Below the pieces are notes generated by a model. The model did not search any database, was not told the origin of the DNA, and saw only the letters and a list, made by a program, of their open reading frames with translations. The position numbers and the translations under genes were made by a program. From Eledone cirrhosa (lineage: Eukaryota), in assembly GCA_964016885.1 (NCBI GenBank), contig OZ024742.1:268646001-268710000 (forward strand): a stretch of 64,000 nucleotides of DNA. The letters are read 5' to 3'. This document shows positions 12,719-25,679 of this stretch, piece after piece (positions within the stretch are counted from its first letter, which is position 1; each line of letters begins with the position of its first letter).

Positions 12719-13254
12719 AGATCACTGATGAAGGACTAAATTTATTCATATGTAACCTATTTGCAACCACGCAGCACGCCATTTTTTCATATATTTATAT
12801 ATTTTCCTCCGCTGTGACCTGTCTGTTTCTTTCTTACTGCTTCCCCTTTTCTCTGTATCTCTCACTTCCTGGATTTCTAGCATCCTTTGAAGTGCGTAAT
12901 ATATTAAAACTGTTTTCATATTACTACCATTGTTTCCAGCGTTTAATATCGATTTGATATATTTTAAACTCCTTTCCAATTTTCTTTTTGTCTTTTATTG
13001 TACGGCTTTTCTGTTTCATGTACTATTTAGTATTTATATGGGTATTTCTGACTAATTATTTGATATCCTTGTCTTGATATAATTAAATATTATCAGCTTT
13101 CATTAATAGTTCAATCTGTAGTATCTTCGGCACATTTTCTAACATTGTACTCATTTCCATCTTGAATTAATGGTATTGTGTTGTACAGTTTAAAAAATGA
13201 ATATCATAAACTGTAAATATTCTAATTTTCTATACCTATCAAGCCATCGATCTG

Positions 13255-15655
13255 TCGCTCGACGGCCTGCCGCGTCTTTCGGACGAGGAGGCGAAGTCCT
13301 GCGAGGAGCCGGTTTCAGCTGCTGAGATAGGGGACGTGCTAAGCCGATGCGGCAAACGCAAATCCCCGGGTCTCGATGGTCTTCCATACGAACTATATCT
13401 AGCTATGACGGACTTGTCCCTCGATCTCCTCGAGGCGGTCTACTCCAACTGGCAACAGAACGAGAGAGTTCCCCGTTCTGTGACCAAGGGTGTAGTCTCG
13501 CTAGTGAGGAAGGACGAGAAGAAGGGGGACGAAATAAGTAATTTCAGGCCCATAACTCTGCTAAATGCAGAGTTAAAGATTTTGGCCAAGGTGTTAGCAA
13601 AGAGGTTGGAGCTTGTCGTGGGAAACCTGGTGGGAGATGCGCAGACATGTGCTATCCCATGCAGGTCCATTCACGTCAACCTCCACCTTATGCGATACAT
13701 TATAGAGAGGGTTGGGAACGAACCCGGCTTTGGTGGGGCCCTGATCCATCTAAGGCGTTCGATAGGGTCGACCATGGTTACCTGGATGCTGTGCTAGCGT
13801 TGGCAGGTTTCGGACCCGTTTTCAGGGGCTGGATCACTGCCAGGCACAGCAGCCGAATCTACTCTAGGGTCAAGGTGAATGGCTACCTCTCGGAGGCGTT
13901 CGAAATCACGTGGTCCATCCGACAAGGGTCCACTCTCTCCTCCTTTCTGTATGTATTGGCCATATAGTCACTGCTGCGGAAGTTGGAGTTGTTACAGGGC
14001 ATCCCTTTGGAACCGGCATTGCGGAAAGCGGTGTCGGCCTACGCTGATGACGTGACAGTAATGGTGTCAACCGCCTCGGAAATTGGGGTGATCGGCACCT
14101 TACTAGAATAATACGAAAAGTTTACAGGGGCTAAGCTGAACCGGGACAAGTCAGTCGGCTTGCAACTCGGCGAGTGGAGGGGCGGTTTGCCCCTCCACTC
14201 GCCGAGTTGCAAGCCGACTGACTTGTCCAACGGCGTCGTCGGACGTTGGACGGAGGGCCCGGTGAAGTTGCTCGGGGTCTGGTTCGAGCCAGACCTCCAG
14301 GTGGAGAAGAACTGGGGTCAGGTATCGAACAGTGTGTTTGCGCTCACGCAGAAGTGGGCTGAGGGCAAACTATCCCTAAAAGGTCGAGCGGAGGTGGCCA
14401 ACGCTTATATAGCTTCCGTCATCTATTACCGGCTGACCATCGTGCCTTGCCCACGGGAAACGCTCACCAAAATGGAGCGCGCAATCTTCCGATTCCTTTG
14501 GAAGCAGCGGGCTCCTATGGTGAGGAGATCCATCTGCTGTCAATACCCTTTGAAAGGAGGGCTGGAGATGCCGTGGCTGCTGATGCGTAAACACGCATTA
14601 AGCCTACGGCTCCTCCAACTATTCCTCACCGGTCAACCGGTGTGGGCCCCGTTTGTGAGGCGAGCCTTTCCGAGACTTGTCTCGCTCAACGGGCAGCAGA
14701 GCTGGGTCCCTGCAAAGACCCAGAAAACTGGGCGCCTGGCACACCGACTGTTCCCATGCGCTCACGGCTCCCTGGCAGGCGGAACCGGCTATCAGTGGAA
14801 GCCCCACCTCGTAATTCTATAGAGGGATGGTGGTTAGTAGGTGTGACGACGCCCTCGGACAAGTCCTAGGCATGGAGGAAGACGAACTGGTCAGCCTATT
14901 CCGGAGGACATTTGGCCCGGGACCTATGGAAAACTTCCAGAGGTCCCTGGCCTGGCAGTGCTACCGAGGGGCGCTGCCCGTTCGAGAAAAGTTTACAGAC
15001 ACGGGCGCCCGGGTAAGGACCCCTCGAAAAAAAATCTGTCCCAGATGCGTACGCGACGTGGAAACCGTTGCGCACGCATTGGTACACTGCTCGGACGTTG
15101 CCGATCTGTGGGGCTATGTCGAACGACTGCTGTCACGGGTGGGACCAATCCGGCAGACCACTGAGTCCATTGTAACTATCAAGCCGCCTCCCCCCTTCAA
15201 AAATGAAGGAGAGGCCGTCTGCCTCTGTGTAAAAGCCATGGTGAAAGGGGTGGTTAGGTGGACACGTTTGAAAAGGCTGAGGTCGGACACCTTTCTCTCC
15301 GGCCAACAACTGGTCCTTTTCTTTAAATACTATTTTAAGTGAAGGATCAGAATGGAGAGAGAGGTGCTCTACCCCAGAAAGTTTTATGAAAGGTGGGTGA
15401 AAGTAGCGAGAATGGCCCGTGTGAATGGGACTTCTCTCTTTATCAGCCTGTAGGTGGAAAGGTGGGAGTGCTCCTAAGGAATAGGGTTGCACACGTTTTC
15501 GGGGGGGGGGGGGGGGCAAAACGTCTCCTCCCTATTGAGGACTGTATTGTTAATTTTATATTTGTTATTTATTTTTACTAGTTCCTTTATGTACCCCCTC
15601 CCCCCCTTGTATTTGTCCCCTTCTTTTGTGCCCTCGTGGCAAATAAATAGAAACT
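13255..15655 (+). mobile_element. 5'-truncated Tx1/L1-clade LINE (ORF2 RT and C-terminal Cys domain; stops and frameshifts)
   Basis: KSPGLDGLPYE, NFRPITLLNAELKILAK, SKAFDRVDH, RQGS, YADD (~14040), CPRC..ETVAHALVHC. Ends AAATAAA before an (ATCT)n tract. Confidence 0.92.
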
Positions 15656-16983
15656 TATCCATCTATCTATCTATCTATCTATCTATCCATTAATCTATAT
15701 TTATGTATTCATTTATTTCTGCTTCATGGCTCCATTCATATTTGTTATAGCTATGCTGATAAGTAGAGAATATAATATTTCTCTTTGGAAGATGAATTTT
15801 CTAAAGTGCAAATATATGCACAGATGATTACATTAACGACATTTGTTTCGATTGTTCATGGTATGCTTCATATACGTTCTTAATAGTTGACTTGCTTTAT
15901 CATCCAATAATTAAAATGTAACTAGGCTTTAATATGTTTTGTATTCTTTTTACAGTTTTTTTTTATAATCATACTGTACAACGTTAGTTGTTCTGTACAT
16001 GCATATATGCCCTCAGTTTCGGGATTTTTTCTTATCGTCAGGCAAAAGTGTATTACTATTTTGCTTAACACTTAAATATCGTATAGTTTGGATGTCATTT
16101 TTTTCTTTTCTGTCATGTAGTTTGCAACTTGTAAGTCGTCTGTTTTGCAGATCCATCATACATGTTATTTTCAGTTTTGTTCTCTCCCGCACACATTCAG
16201 TTACCCATTCCGTTTTTTATAACCATGTTGTTAACATCTGCATAATGAAACCAATGTGTTATCATTAGATGCTTAAACTAGAAATTTCAAACATTCTTAT
16301 CTTCAGAGCATTCTTCTTTCTTTTATGTGTTATTTCTTGTCGCTTATGGTTCATGTTTGCGAAGCCATATTTCTCTTCTCTTCTCATTCTTTGTCTGTTG
16401 TGTCTGTGTGTATCTGCTGAATCTAGTTTGCAATGAAAACATCATCTATCCTGATTTGAATGGTGGAATATATTTCTATTGATTATCATTGTTTTTGTTG
16501 CAGATTTATTTACTTAAACACATATGTAATATGGTTATAATGATTTCGTTTAGATATTTTGTATTAAAATAATTAGGTTTGTTTCGGTGTCAATGTTTGC
16601 ATAATGAAGGGGTGCTCATCACCTATCAATAAGGTATTAGATGTTCAAGGGTTTATGCTGAGAGCGTACCAACAATTTAAGAGGACGCTAAAATTGTTTA
16701 GAGAGTAAGATATGTTACTAGTATTAGCAGCAAGGCCAGGGGGTGTGGCGAAAGAGAGCGTGATAGACACATGGTTTTTAACCAAAGGAGTTCCTATTGG
16801 CGGTGTTTGGGTTCATTAACCCGTATTTTAAAATATGCGAGAAAAAGAGGGAAAGTTACATATAATGAGCGGAACGGCAACACAATTTGAACCGGATGCC
16901 TTAGAACATTTTACTCAGTAGATATTGAGGATTCAACCAACGTTTAGAGCACATTAAGACATATGAAGTATATATGTCTCTGT

Positions 16984-16984
<1 letters not shown>

Positions 16985-17066
<82 letters not shown>

Positions 17067-17078
17067 TGAGAGAGAGAG
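16985..17078. repeat. (GA)n microsatellite
   Basis: Direct inspection. Confidence 0.95.
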
Positions 17079-17384
17079 AAAGAACGTACCCTCTGCCCTT
17101 TGTATACTTCCGCTACTGAAACATCTCTCACTTCTCTGTTGATCTCTAACTATTCGTATTTTCATCCATAACAGAGTTATTTTCAGGTCGAATCATTTCT
17201 TTACTGTGATTTCTTATTGTTTTTATATCGATATGTTTATTGCTGAGGAAGTTGAGGACGACTCTAACTAATCTTTAAACCAGCTGTTATTTATGGAGGA
17301 TTCGAAACTGTTTTCATAGCATGCAGTATTAATAGCTTCGCTAGTAAAGTCAGTTTTGTGAAGCAACTATGGCAAGAATTGAAA

Positions 17385-18150
17385 CTGGGGTCACAAAATT
17401 TGAAGTACTCAACGTGAAAATAAGGACAACTTTCAAGTTACATGCTTTAAATCAGGTGAACGAGGAAGTGATCCAAGTGATGACGGTTCACATATCAGAG
17501 ATTGATTAGACACCTTATGGATCGATAATAGACATTTTCCTCTTGATATCAAACTGCACGTAAGAAAGTTGATTCTTGCTGCAAACACATTGACTTTTTT
17601 GTGATACGGTACAGAGTTGAGATACTCAAATGGAAGATGTCTTAGGTTTACAAGACTGTACAGCAAGAAACATTGTGCGGTTAGCTCATTAAAACTGGAG
17701 TAAACTAAGTTACACAAATTATATAATACTATCTTCTGAAATTCAATAATCTACGAAAATGACATGATATCGGAAATATTATTCAAAACTATTCATGCCA
17801 TATTCAGGTATGTTCTCCGGTATATAGTCCATAATTTCTATGAGGTCGAGAATAAGCTGTACCTTCTGGCATGTTGAGTTGTTCCAGAATATAGTTTGTT
17901 CTATATGGCAAAGATGTGACATCTTCTCAGACTGTATTCAAGTTAACAGTATCCTAAGCAGATATAGGCAGGTAATACGTCCATGATTTGGGGCTACATG
18001 TCATTTCGTAAGTGCGTTCATCAGAGCTGGGCCCTCCAACTATCTCATTGACAGCAACACAACTATTAAGAGTGATACCAAAAATCATGTGCAGTTCATT
18101 AGAATATCAAATACAATATCCAAAGATACGCACTCGTCTAACGGATTACA
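17385..18150 (-). mobile_element. Possible decayed Tc1/mariner transposase relic
   Basis: LPRSPDL in ORF 17433-17717 resembles the SPDL motif; a weak first-Asp-like region lies near 18050. Very degraded. Confidence 0.3.
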
Positions 18151-18233
18151 AGTATAATAATCATTCAGCCTGTGTATTGCTGCCATTACTATTCGTTGGA
18201 TCAAGCACCTGTTGGTCATTTATTCATGGTCGT

Positions 18234-18661
18234 CGCATCTGAAAGGGCTGGTGAAGAGCACTTACCTCTTCGGTGATGCCCTGATTAACTTTTTCAAATT
18301 TCATTTGAAAAGAAAAATCAGAGTAGAGAGGGAAGTGCTCTCTTCCCAGCATCTTGTTGAAAGATGGGTGAGAGAGGATGAGAGATGGATGAGTATATGC
18401 CTGTAAATTGAAGGTGGAAAACTGGGAGAGGGCACTTTCCCTGGTGGTCAGGTTCACTGTGGCTTTTTTTAATAGGCTTTCTCCACGATGGCCCTTGGAA
18501 GTCTCCCTCATATTGGGGAATTTTTTTTATTGTTCTATGTTTTGTTACATCACCTGTTCTTTGTTTTTTTACACGCAGAAATGCCCATTTGTACCGTCCT
18601 GTATTGTCCTGTACTGCTCTTAAGGTCTACTTTGTGTAAACCCTTGTGGTTAATAAAAAAT
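18234..18661 (+). mobile_element. Tx1-clade LINE 3' end (same family as 25003-30788)
   Basis: FGDALINFFKFHLKRKIRVEREVLSSQ and the 3' UTR match 30360-30788; followed by (TTA)n. Confidence 0.9.
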
Positions 18662-18689
18662 CATTATTATTATTATTATTATTATTATT

Positions 18690-20505
18690 GATCTTTGAGT
18701 CTCAGTCATTGATGTTAGTTAACTGGAAAGTTTGTCGAAATGAATATGAAGCCATTACCTGCAGCCTCAGATATTCAGGACGTACCGGAGGGTTCTTGCT
18801 GTTCCCAGCAAGCATGCCTTTTGATGCATTCCAAAAAGCGGGGTGGGGCCAATTTTCTCTAACCATACCTGGAAACATTTTGAGATAGTACCTAGTGTGC
18901 CTATGACAATCGGGACCACTTTGACTTCATGGCAGTTCAAATCCTTTTTACCTCCCACATTAAGTGCTGGTATCGGTTAATTATCTCCCTCTCCTTCTCT
19001 TTCACTCTCGTGTCGAATGGGCAGGCCACATCCACAATCAGGTACGATCTTTTTTCCTTGTCCACAACCACCAGGTCAGGTCTATTGTGTTCCAGTTTCT
19101 TGTCCGTCTGTATCCTAAAATCCCACAGCACCTTCACCTGATCGTTTTCTATCACCGACTCTGGCTTATGCTCATACCACTTCTCAGAATTTGGTAAATT
19201 GTTTACTTTGCATAGGTGCCAGTGGATCACCCTGCCCATCACATCATGTCTCCAGCCCTTATAGTGAGTCTGGGCTAGGTGTTTACACTCGGATACAATG
19301 TGAGCCACAGTCTCCTCTCTCTCTCCACAGATCCTGCACAGTGGGCTAGCCTCCTCCTTGTCAATGTGGAGTTTCACCCACTTTGTTCTGAGGGTTTGCT
19401 CTTGTGCAGCCATTAGCATTCCTTCAGTAGCTTTTTAAAGATCTCCACTTTTTAACCAGTTCCATGTCTGTGGATCTCTGAATTCTGTTTTCTCAAAGAA
19501 GGTATTATGAAAGGATTTTTCATGAAGGCTGCTCTTTCTCCTTGTGGTTATTTCCTCCTTGGATATCCCCTGGCCTATTGTCCTCTCCTTCAGTACAATT
19601 CTGAGCATTGGCTCATTACTATCAGTCACGTATTTGTGTAGGTTGTTTTTCCCCATCTGAACACAATCCTCTATGCTGATAAGACCTCTTCCACCTACAG
19701 ATCTCCTTAAGTAGAATCTATCGACATCACTCCTCTTGTCCTCTTGTGGAACATGTTGTAGATAGTCAATAGCTTCCTAGTCTTCCTATCCATTTCTTTT
19801 TGTTCAGCAACATTCCATCTCAGAATTCCCGCACTGTACCTAATAATAGACACAGCTCGGGAATTTACTGCACTTGAAACACCCAAATACTTGTATCCTT
19901 CTTCAGTGTCAATTTCCTTTATCATCTCACCTGTTGGTACCTGGATTCCGTTGCTTCTGCTCAATTTACCCCTCTTCATCACAAGGACTCCACACTTATC
20001 AATACCAAATTGCATACATATATCATTGCTGAAAATACGGACTGTGTCAACAAGCACATCCACCTCCTTCTCACTGCTCCCGAAGAGCTTAAGATCGTCC
20101 ATGAAGAGGAGTTGATTGATGGTAAGCTCTCCCTTTCCCAACTTGTATCCTGATCTCACTTTTCGCAGCATAATGGTCATGGGCAAGTCAAACAACAGAG
20201 GGGACAGACCATCTCCCCGGAAGATACTTCTCTTGATCTTCACGCCTCCCAAGGATTCTCCAGCTGATGTTAACTCTGTTTTCCAGGACTTCATATTTTC
20301 CCCAACAACTGCCTGATGTTATCTGCCACCGTGAAGATCTCTAGGCTTTTGGTGATCCAAGAATGAGGCACCATGTCAAATGCCTTGTTGTAGTCTATCC
20401 ATCCCATGGCAAGACCAGTGTGTCTCCTTTTGCAATTCCTCATTACCATCATATCAATAAGTAACTGGTCCTTTGTACCACGGGACTTCTTTCGGCATCC
20501 TTTCT

Positions 20506-20506
<1 letters not shown>
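18690..20506 (-). mobile_element. R4/Dong-type RLE non-LTR retrotransposon, family A, 5'-truncated
   Basis: LLFMDDLKLF, YKYLG, CRICGEREETVAHIVSEC (CCHC), RHD, RPDLVVVD...DVACP (PD-D/ExK nuclease). (TAA)n on both sides. Confidence 0.9.
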
Positions 20507-20539
<33 letters not shown>

Positions 20540-20541
<2 letters not shown>

Positions 20542-20647
20542 GGATGAAAGGCGAGGTTGACTTTGCCTTTCATCCTAACGGGGTCGATAAAATAAAGTAC
20601 CAGTAATACACTGGATAATTGCTGGCCTTGTCCCTAACGTAGAAACA

Positions 20648-20650
<3 letters not shown>
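20540..20650 (+). mobile_element. 5'-truncated SINE with fold-back 5' end, inside (TTA)n
   Basis: Matches the SINE 3' half; the leading TAGGATGAAAGGC is the reverse complement of the internal GCCTTTCATCCTA. Confidence 0.85.
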
Positions 20651-20686
<36 letters not shown>

Positions 20687-20718
20687 GTTGTTGTTGTTGT
20701 TGTTTGCTGTTGCTGCCG

Positions 20719-20757
<39 letters not shown>

Positions 20758-20866
20758 CTGCTGCTGTTGCTGTTGTTGTTGTTGTTGCTGCTGCTGTTGT
20801 TGCTGTTGTTGTTGTTGTTGTTGCTGTTGTTGTTGCTGCTGCTGCTGCTGCTGCTGTTGCTGCGGG

Positions 20867-20900
<34 letters not shown>
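20651..20900. repeat. (TTA)n-(TTG/CTG)n compound trinucleotide repeat
   Basis: Direct inspection; poly-Q/N/L/V ORFs here are artefacts. Confidence 0.95.
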
Positions 20901-23900
20901 CATACGAGTTATCACCCAGTGACCTAAAGAGAGAACAAGGTCCGCCATGTTCAAGAAAGAACATAGATACACACACATGCATATTGAGGTGTTTAGACTT
21001 GTTATGTAATTATATTGACTGAATCTTCCTTAGTATATGGTCAGTTCCCATTAGAACTAACTTTTGTATTTCTCCTATACGCGGTGTTCCTGGGATTTGC
21101 GATAAGTCATCATTAGAGCCCTTAGGTATCATTCCTATAGCCCCTACAACCACTGGTATTGTACTAGTTCTCAATTTCGACATTTTTCCAATTTCTATCT
21201 CCAGGTCCTTATACTTGCTCATTTTTCAAATGTTTTTATAGATACATTCTTTTCTAATGGAACGGACATATCAATTAGCAGGCATACCCTCTTTTTAAAG
21301 TCAATCAGTATTATATCAGGAGAATTTGCATCTATTTTTTAGTCTGTTTGGATGCTAAAATTCCACAAGGTTGAGATGTGATCTTTTTCAAGTAGTAGAG
21401 GTGGTAGATGCTCCCACCAATTCTTTTGATGGTGCAGGTCAAAATGCTTACACATTATCCGATGTTTGTATTGTGCAGCTCTGTCGTGCCTGTTTAGGTA
21501 TTCGGTTGGAGCTATAGGACTGCACATTGAAATTATATGGTCAATGGTCTCTGGTTGTTTTTTTACATACAGCGCATAATGGGTTGGACCCATTTTTTAT
21601 TATGTTGGCTTGGTAATGTTTTGTTGGCAGACATTGATCTTGTGCCGATATAATCAGTCCTTCAGTCTCCGATTTCAGTCCAGAGGATGCCAACCACTGA
21701 TGGGTTAAAGTTTTGTCAACATCAGGATTGTTAACTCGCTCTGGGTATTTTCCATACAGAGGCTTTTCTTGCCATTTCTTAGCCAGTTTCTGTAGCAGTT
21801 CTTTCTTTGTAGTTACTTTTACCTGCTTTGCTTTTTCTGTGTTTTTCATTTCAGCAGTAAATCGAACTTCTGAAATCTGTAGTACATTACTGTATCTTTG
21901 TGCAGCTTTTGTAATGCAGTATGATCTTTTGATCCTTTCGTGTTTCAAAACGAGTTTGATCATCCACTCACGTGATTCCCTTAGATATGTAGATAATCCA
22001 ATTTTTGCAGTTTTCAACGCAATATCTTATTGGATTAACCCACGTCGTCCTTCTTTCCTAGGGAGGTATATTCTATCTGTATCTGACTCAGGATGATGCA
22101 TTCTGTGCATGGTTAAGAATTTTAAATTTTTTGTATCGAGCCTACGGATCTCTGTGCTTGACCAGTTGATGACATTGTAACTGTAGGTTACTACTTGTAT
22201 GGCAAGCGTGTTAATTCCTAGCATTCAATTCCGTTCTTAAGATTGCTATTACTCTGCGGTAACATTCCTTCCTTATCCTTTCCCTCATTGTCGAGTGCTT
22301 GATTCCGTCTCCATCGCAAACACCTAGATATTTGTAAGTTTCCTCTTGATCAAGTTCTCCTAACACATTCCCCCGATCAAGATTAATGTCTGAACTTTTC
22401 AGCAGCTTTCCTCTGGTGAACGTTGCTTTGGTGCATTTATCTAGTCCAAACTCCATTTTAATGACATCACTGAACTGCTCAACAGTGGATAATAGCCCTT
22501 GCAATTATTCATCATTTTTTGCAAATAGTTTCAGGTTATCCATGTAGAACAAGTGTTTAATGGTTTTGTTATAGACTTTATTTCTATGTTTTGTTTCATT
22601 GAGCCTTTTACTTAACGGTATAAGTGCGATGCAAATAAAAGCGGTGATAAAGAGTCAGCCTGAAAAATTCCACACTTAATATTAACTTCTCCAGCTTCCA
22701 GTGATTTGTTTTCACTATTCAAAAGGAGTGTCGTTTTCCATGTATTCATACTTAATGACAAAAACCTCCTGACAACGGGAGATATTTTGAAAATCTATAA
22801 ACATTTTTCAATCCAACTGTGTGGCAATCTATCGAATGCATTTTTATAATCTATCCAAGCAATCAACAGATTTTTGTGTCTATAATGACAATCTTCCAGG
22901 ATCATTTTGTTAACCAAAAGCTGATCCTTACAGCCAAATGAGCCTCGTTTACAGCCTTTCTGCTCATTGGCAAATAGATCATTTGTTGTCTGGTGGTCAT
23001 ATGTATATTCAGTTAGGACTGATGTTAAAATGTTATACATTGTGGTCAAAGTTATCGGCCTGTAATTTTTGGGATTGTTTGTCTCATCATTCTTCAGAAG
23101 CAGGAATGTAATGCCGTTAACTAGCCATGATGTTATCTTTTCTGGCTCCTTAACTATTTCTTTGTAAAGTTGGGCTAACAGCTCATGAGACTCTGTGAAG
23201 GCATTTATCCAAAAATTTGGTATTTTGTCTTTTCCTGAGGATTTCCATTTGATGGTTTTTCTAAGAGCCAAACGCAACTATTCAACTGTTATATTTTCCC
23301 ATATTTATTCCTCAAGGTGAGCTGTATCTTTCATCTGTCTGTCTATCCCTGGGGCATGTATATTATGAACTTTTTCTTCCATCCAGATCTTTTCCCAGAA
23401 TTCTTGCACTTCCTCCTTGGGTGGTATTGATTTAGCAGTTATTGTTGACTTGCCAATTTTTCTGTAGAAGTTTCTTGGTTGTTTTTGAACATATTATTGT
23501 CCTTATAGCATCTAGATCGTTTTTAAAAGCGCTTTATACGAACAGCTTTGGCCGACACTCTTTGCTTGATTATTTCTATCAACATGTCTATGTAACTTGT
23601 TGATTTTATACTGTATTTTCTTTTCAATTTTCTAAGTTTAGTTTGTTTAACATGTTCACCTACATTGTAGTTTGTTAAAATGTCTATGTCAGATCGGAGA
23701 AGGTTTATTTGGCGTTTGATGTTCTCTTGCCAAGTAGATTTCTTGTGGGAATTGCTTTGTTTTTTTCATTTTCACTCCACATAAGTGAGTGGTGACTTTA
23801 GCCGATGCATAATAGAGATGATTTAAATCAGTGATGTTTAATTTGTTTGTGATCATAATGTTTTTGAGAATTATGTTAATATTGTGTATTATCTTTTGGT

Positions 23901-24783
23901 TCTGTTTGGAGTTCTGGACCTTAAGTTGGGTGTCTCGTTCCCCCATGTCAGATACTTTCATTTTCATCCATTCGATCATAATTTCATCCTTCAAGTTGGC
24001 AAGTTCATTCTCAATCATTTCTTTATCGTTTACGATCTCATTGTTTTCATTTTGTGTTTCATCTTGAGCATGCATTCCCTCCACTTTTTCGATCCTTTCT
24101 TTAATTTGTTCTGTCAGCAGTGATTCCGCCCAACCCTGGGATTCGAATTGTTACCATTTACCTCGTTTTCACTGACACATGATTCATTTTCCCTTCGCTG
24201 ACTTTGTGCTAATAGCTTGATCTGATCAATTTCTATAACAGATAGTAACTTTTTTTTTTTTTTAAATATTTCTTCGGATATTGGCTAGTTTGTTACTGTC
24301 AATATAGCCTCTGTTTTCGGGATGTTACTTTTTCCAGTTGATATATGTCTGTTATGTATTCGATCTATGTGATGGGTAGTACATGGCAGTGTAGAAAGCC
24401 TCAAGGACTTCTTTATTGTCTTCCCTTGACCATTTTTTCTCTCTTTTTCTTTGGATTTCTTGGTGGTGAGCATGGAGGGCCAACAGTAGGAGTATTCCGG
24501 TTATGGGAGGTCTCCAGCTCCCATGTGATGGGAAGGTTTCAACCATTAGCTGATTTTTCGACCCCAGTCTGGTTCCTTTTTGACCCGGGTAACAGCCTAT
24601 CCGGTATGAGATTTGACATTTACTTTATTTTGTCACATTTTATTCTTAACCGCCAAGGGGTAATCATTTCATGTTACCACTTCTAGGACGAATGTCAACC
24701 AAGACTAGAGGGGTCGTCCTCCCCTTGTAACACGGCTATTCCCCGCCGGCCGCCATCCCGGTATTTCTTGGTCATGGGGTTAA
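20897..24783 (-). mobile_element. R4/Dong-type RLE non-LTR retrotransposon, family B, near full length, disrupted single ORF
   Basis: N-terminal KWSREDNKEVLEAFY, NYRPIT, QKGCKRGSFGCKDQLL, AWIDYKNAFD, YMDNLKLF, YKYLG, CCHC, RHD, KYKDL. Stop at 21010. Confidence 0.92.
24685..24773 (-). ncRNA. Candidate HDV-like ribozyme at the 5' end of Dong family B
   Basis: P1 GACCAA/TTGGTT (G1.U wobble), long J1/2, P2 AGGAC/GTCCT, P3 GAC/GTC, L3 CCCTCTA, no P4. The J4/2 region GACATTC deviates from consensus. Confidence 0.5.
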
Positions 24784-25679
24784 CTTTTTTGTTGTTATTA
24801 TCATGAGTGGTTCCTTAATGTGAGCATTGCGTGGCTTAAGAATGAAATTATTATTAATAATATAATATACTTTTTGCTGAAGTTGCCTGTTATTGTTGTT
24901 GGCTATGTCGGTTGTGGTGCTGGGGCTTTTTCTATTGTTGGTGGGGAAGGGGTGAGCCAGCAGTGCCATAGTCCTTATTATTATTATTAGTATTATTATT
25001 ATTGGCGTCCTACGTAGTAAATCGTATCATCGTGTGCTCCGCAAAGGTTTGTTATTTTCAGTTGTTTAAACTTGCCATTTATGGAAGATTTTTATTGTTA
25101 ACTGTATATAATTGCACATACAATGATTTTTCTGAAAAGGACACTCAAAAATATTGGGGCCTTGAGCCCAAAATATAAACTTTTTATAATTATCAAACAA
25201 AAATTTTCTTTGAAATATCATTGATGACTCAGAGTCACTCCTACCTCACAATCTAACACCTCACACCGACACCACCACTGTAAATATTACGACGTTTGCC
25301 AACACTAAACATATAAGCAGTAGCAATATTTTAAATTTGTCTCAGGCAGACATTCATTTCCCGCCATTACCAATGACTGCAGGTGTTAAAGCCACCACCA
25401 CCACCACCGAGACAACCAGCACCCCCACCACCATCGCGACAACAGAAAAAAATAAATGAACTCATGATGGCGAAATGAATTCAACCAAAATAAACTCTTC
25501 CACACCGAACACCACTGACGCCACCACCACTACAACTGAAACTAAAATTATAATAACAAAAATAACGATAACAACAACAGCAACAATGACATTAAGAAAA
25601 CCACCCTGAGTTTTGCCAGAGTAGCAAAACAGTGCGAAGCATTTACGGTAACACAGGAGGAATTAGAAGAAGCCAAAAA

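Noticed and set aside
12719-12770. GATCA-CTGATGA-AGG hammerhead-like start next to (AT)n
   Set aside because: No GAAA and no helix I or III complement.
20575-20982. Poly-Q, poly-N and poly-L ORFs
   Set aside because: Trinucleotide microsatellite between retroelements; no exon evidence.
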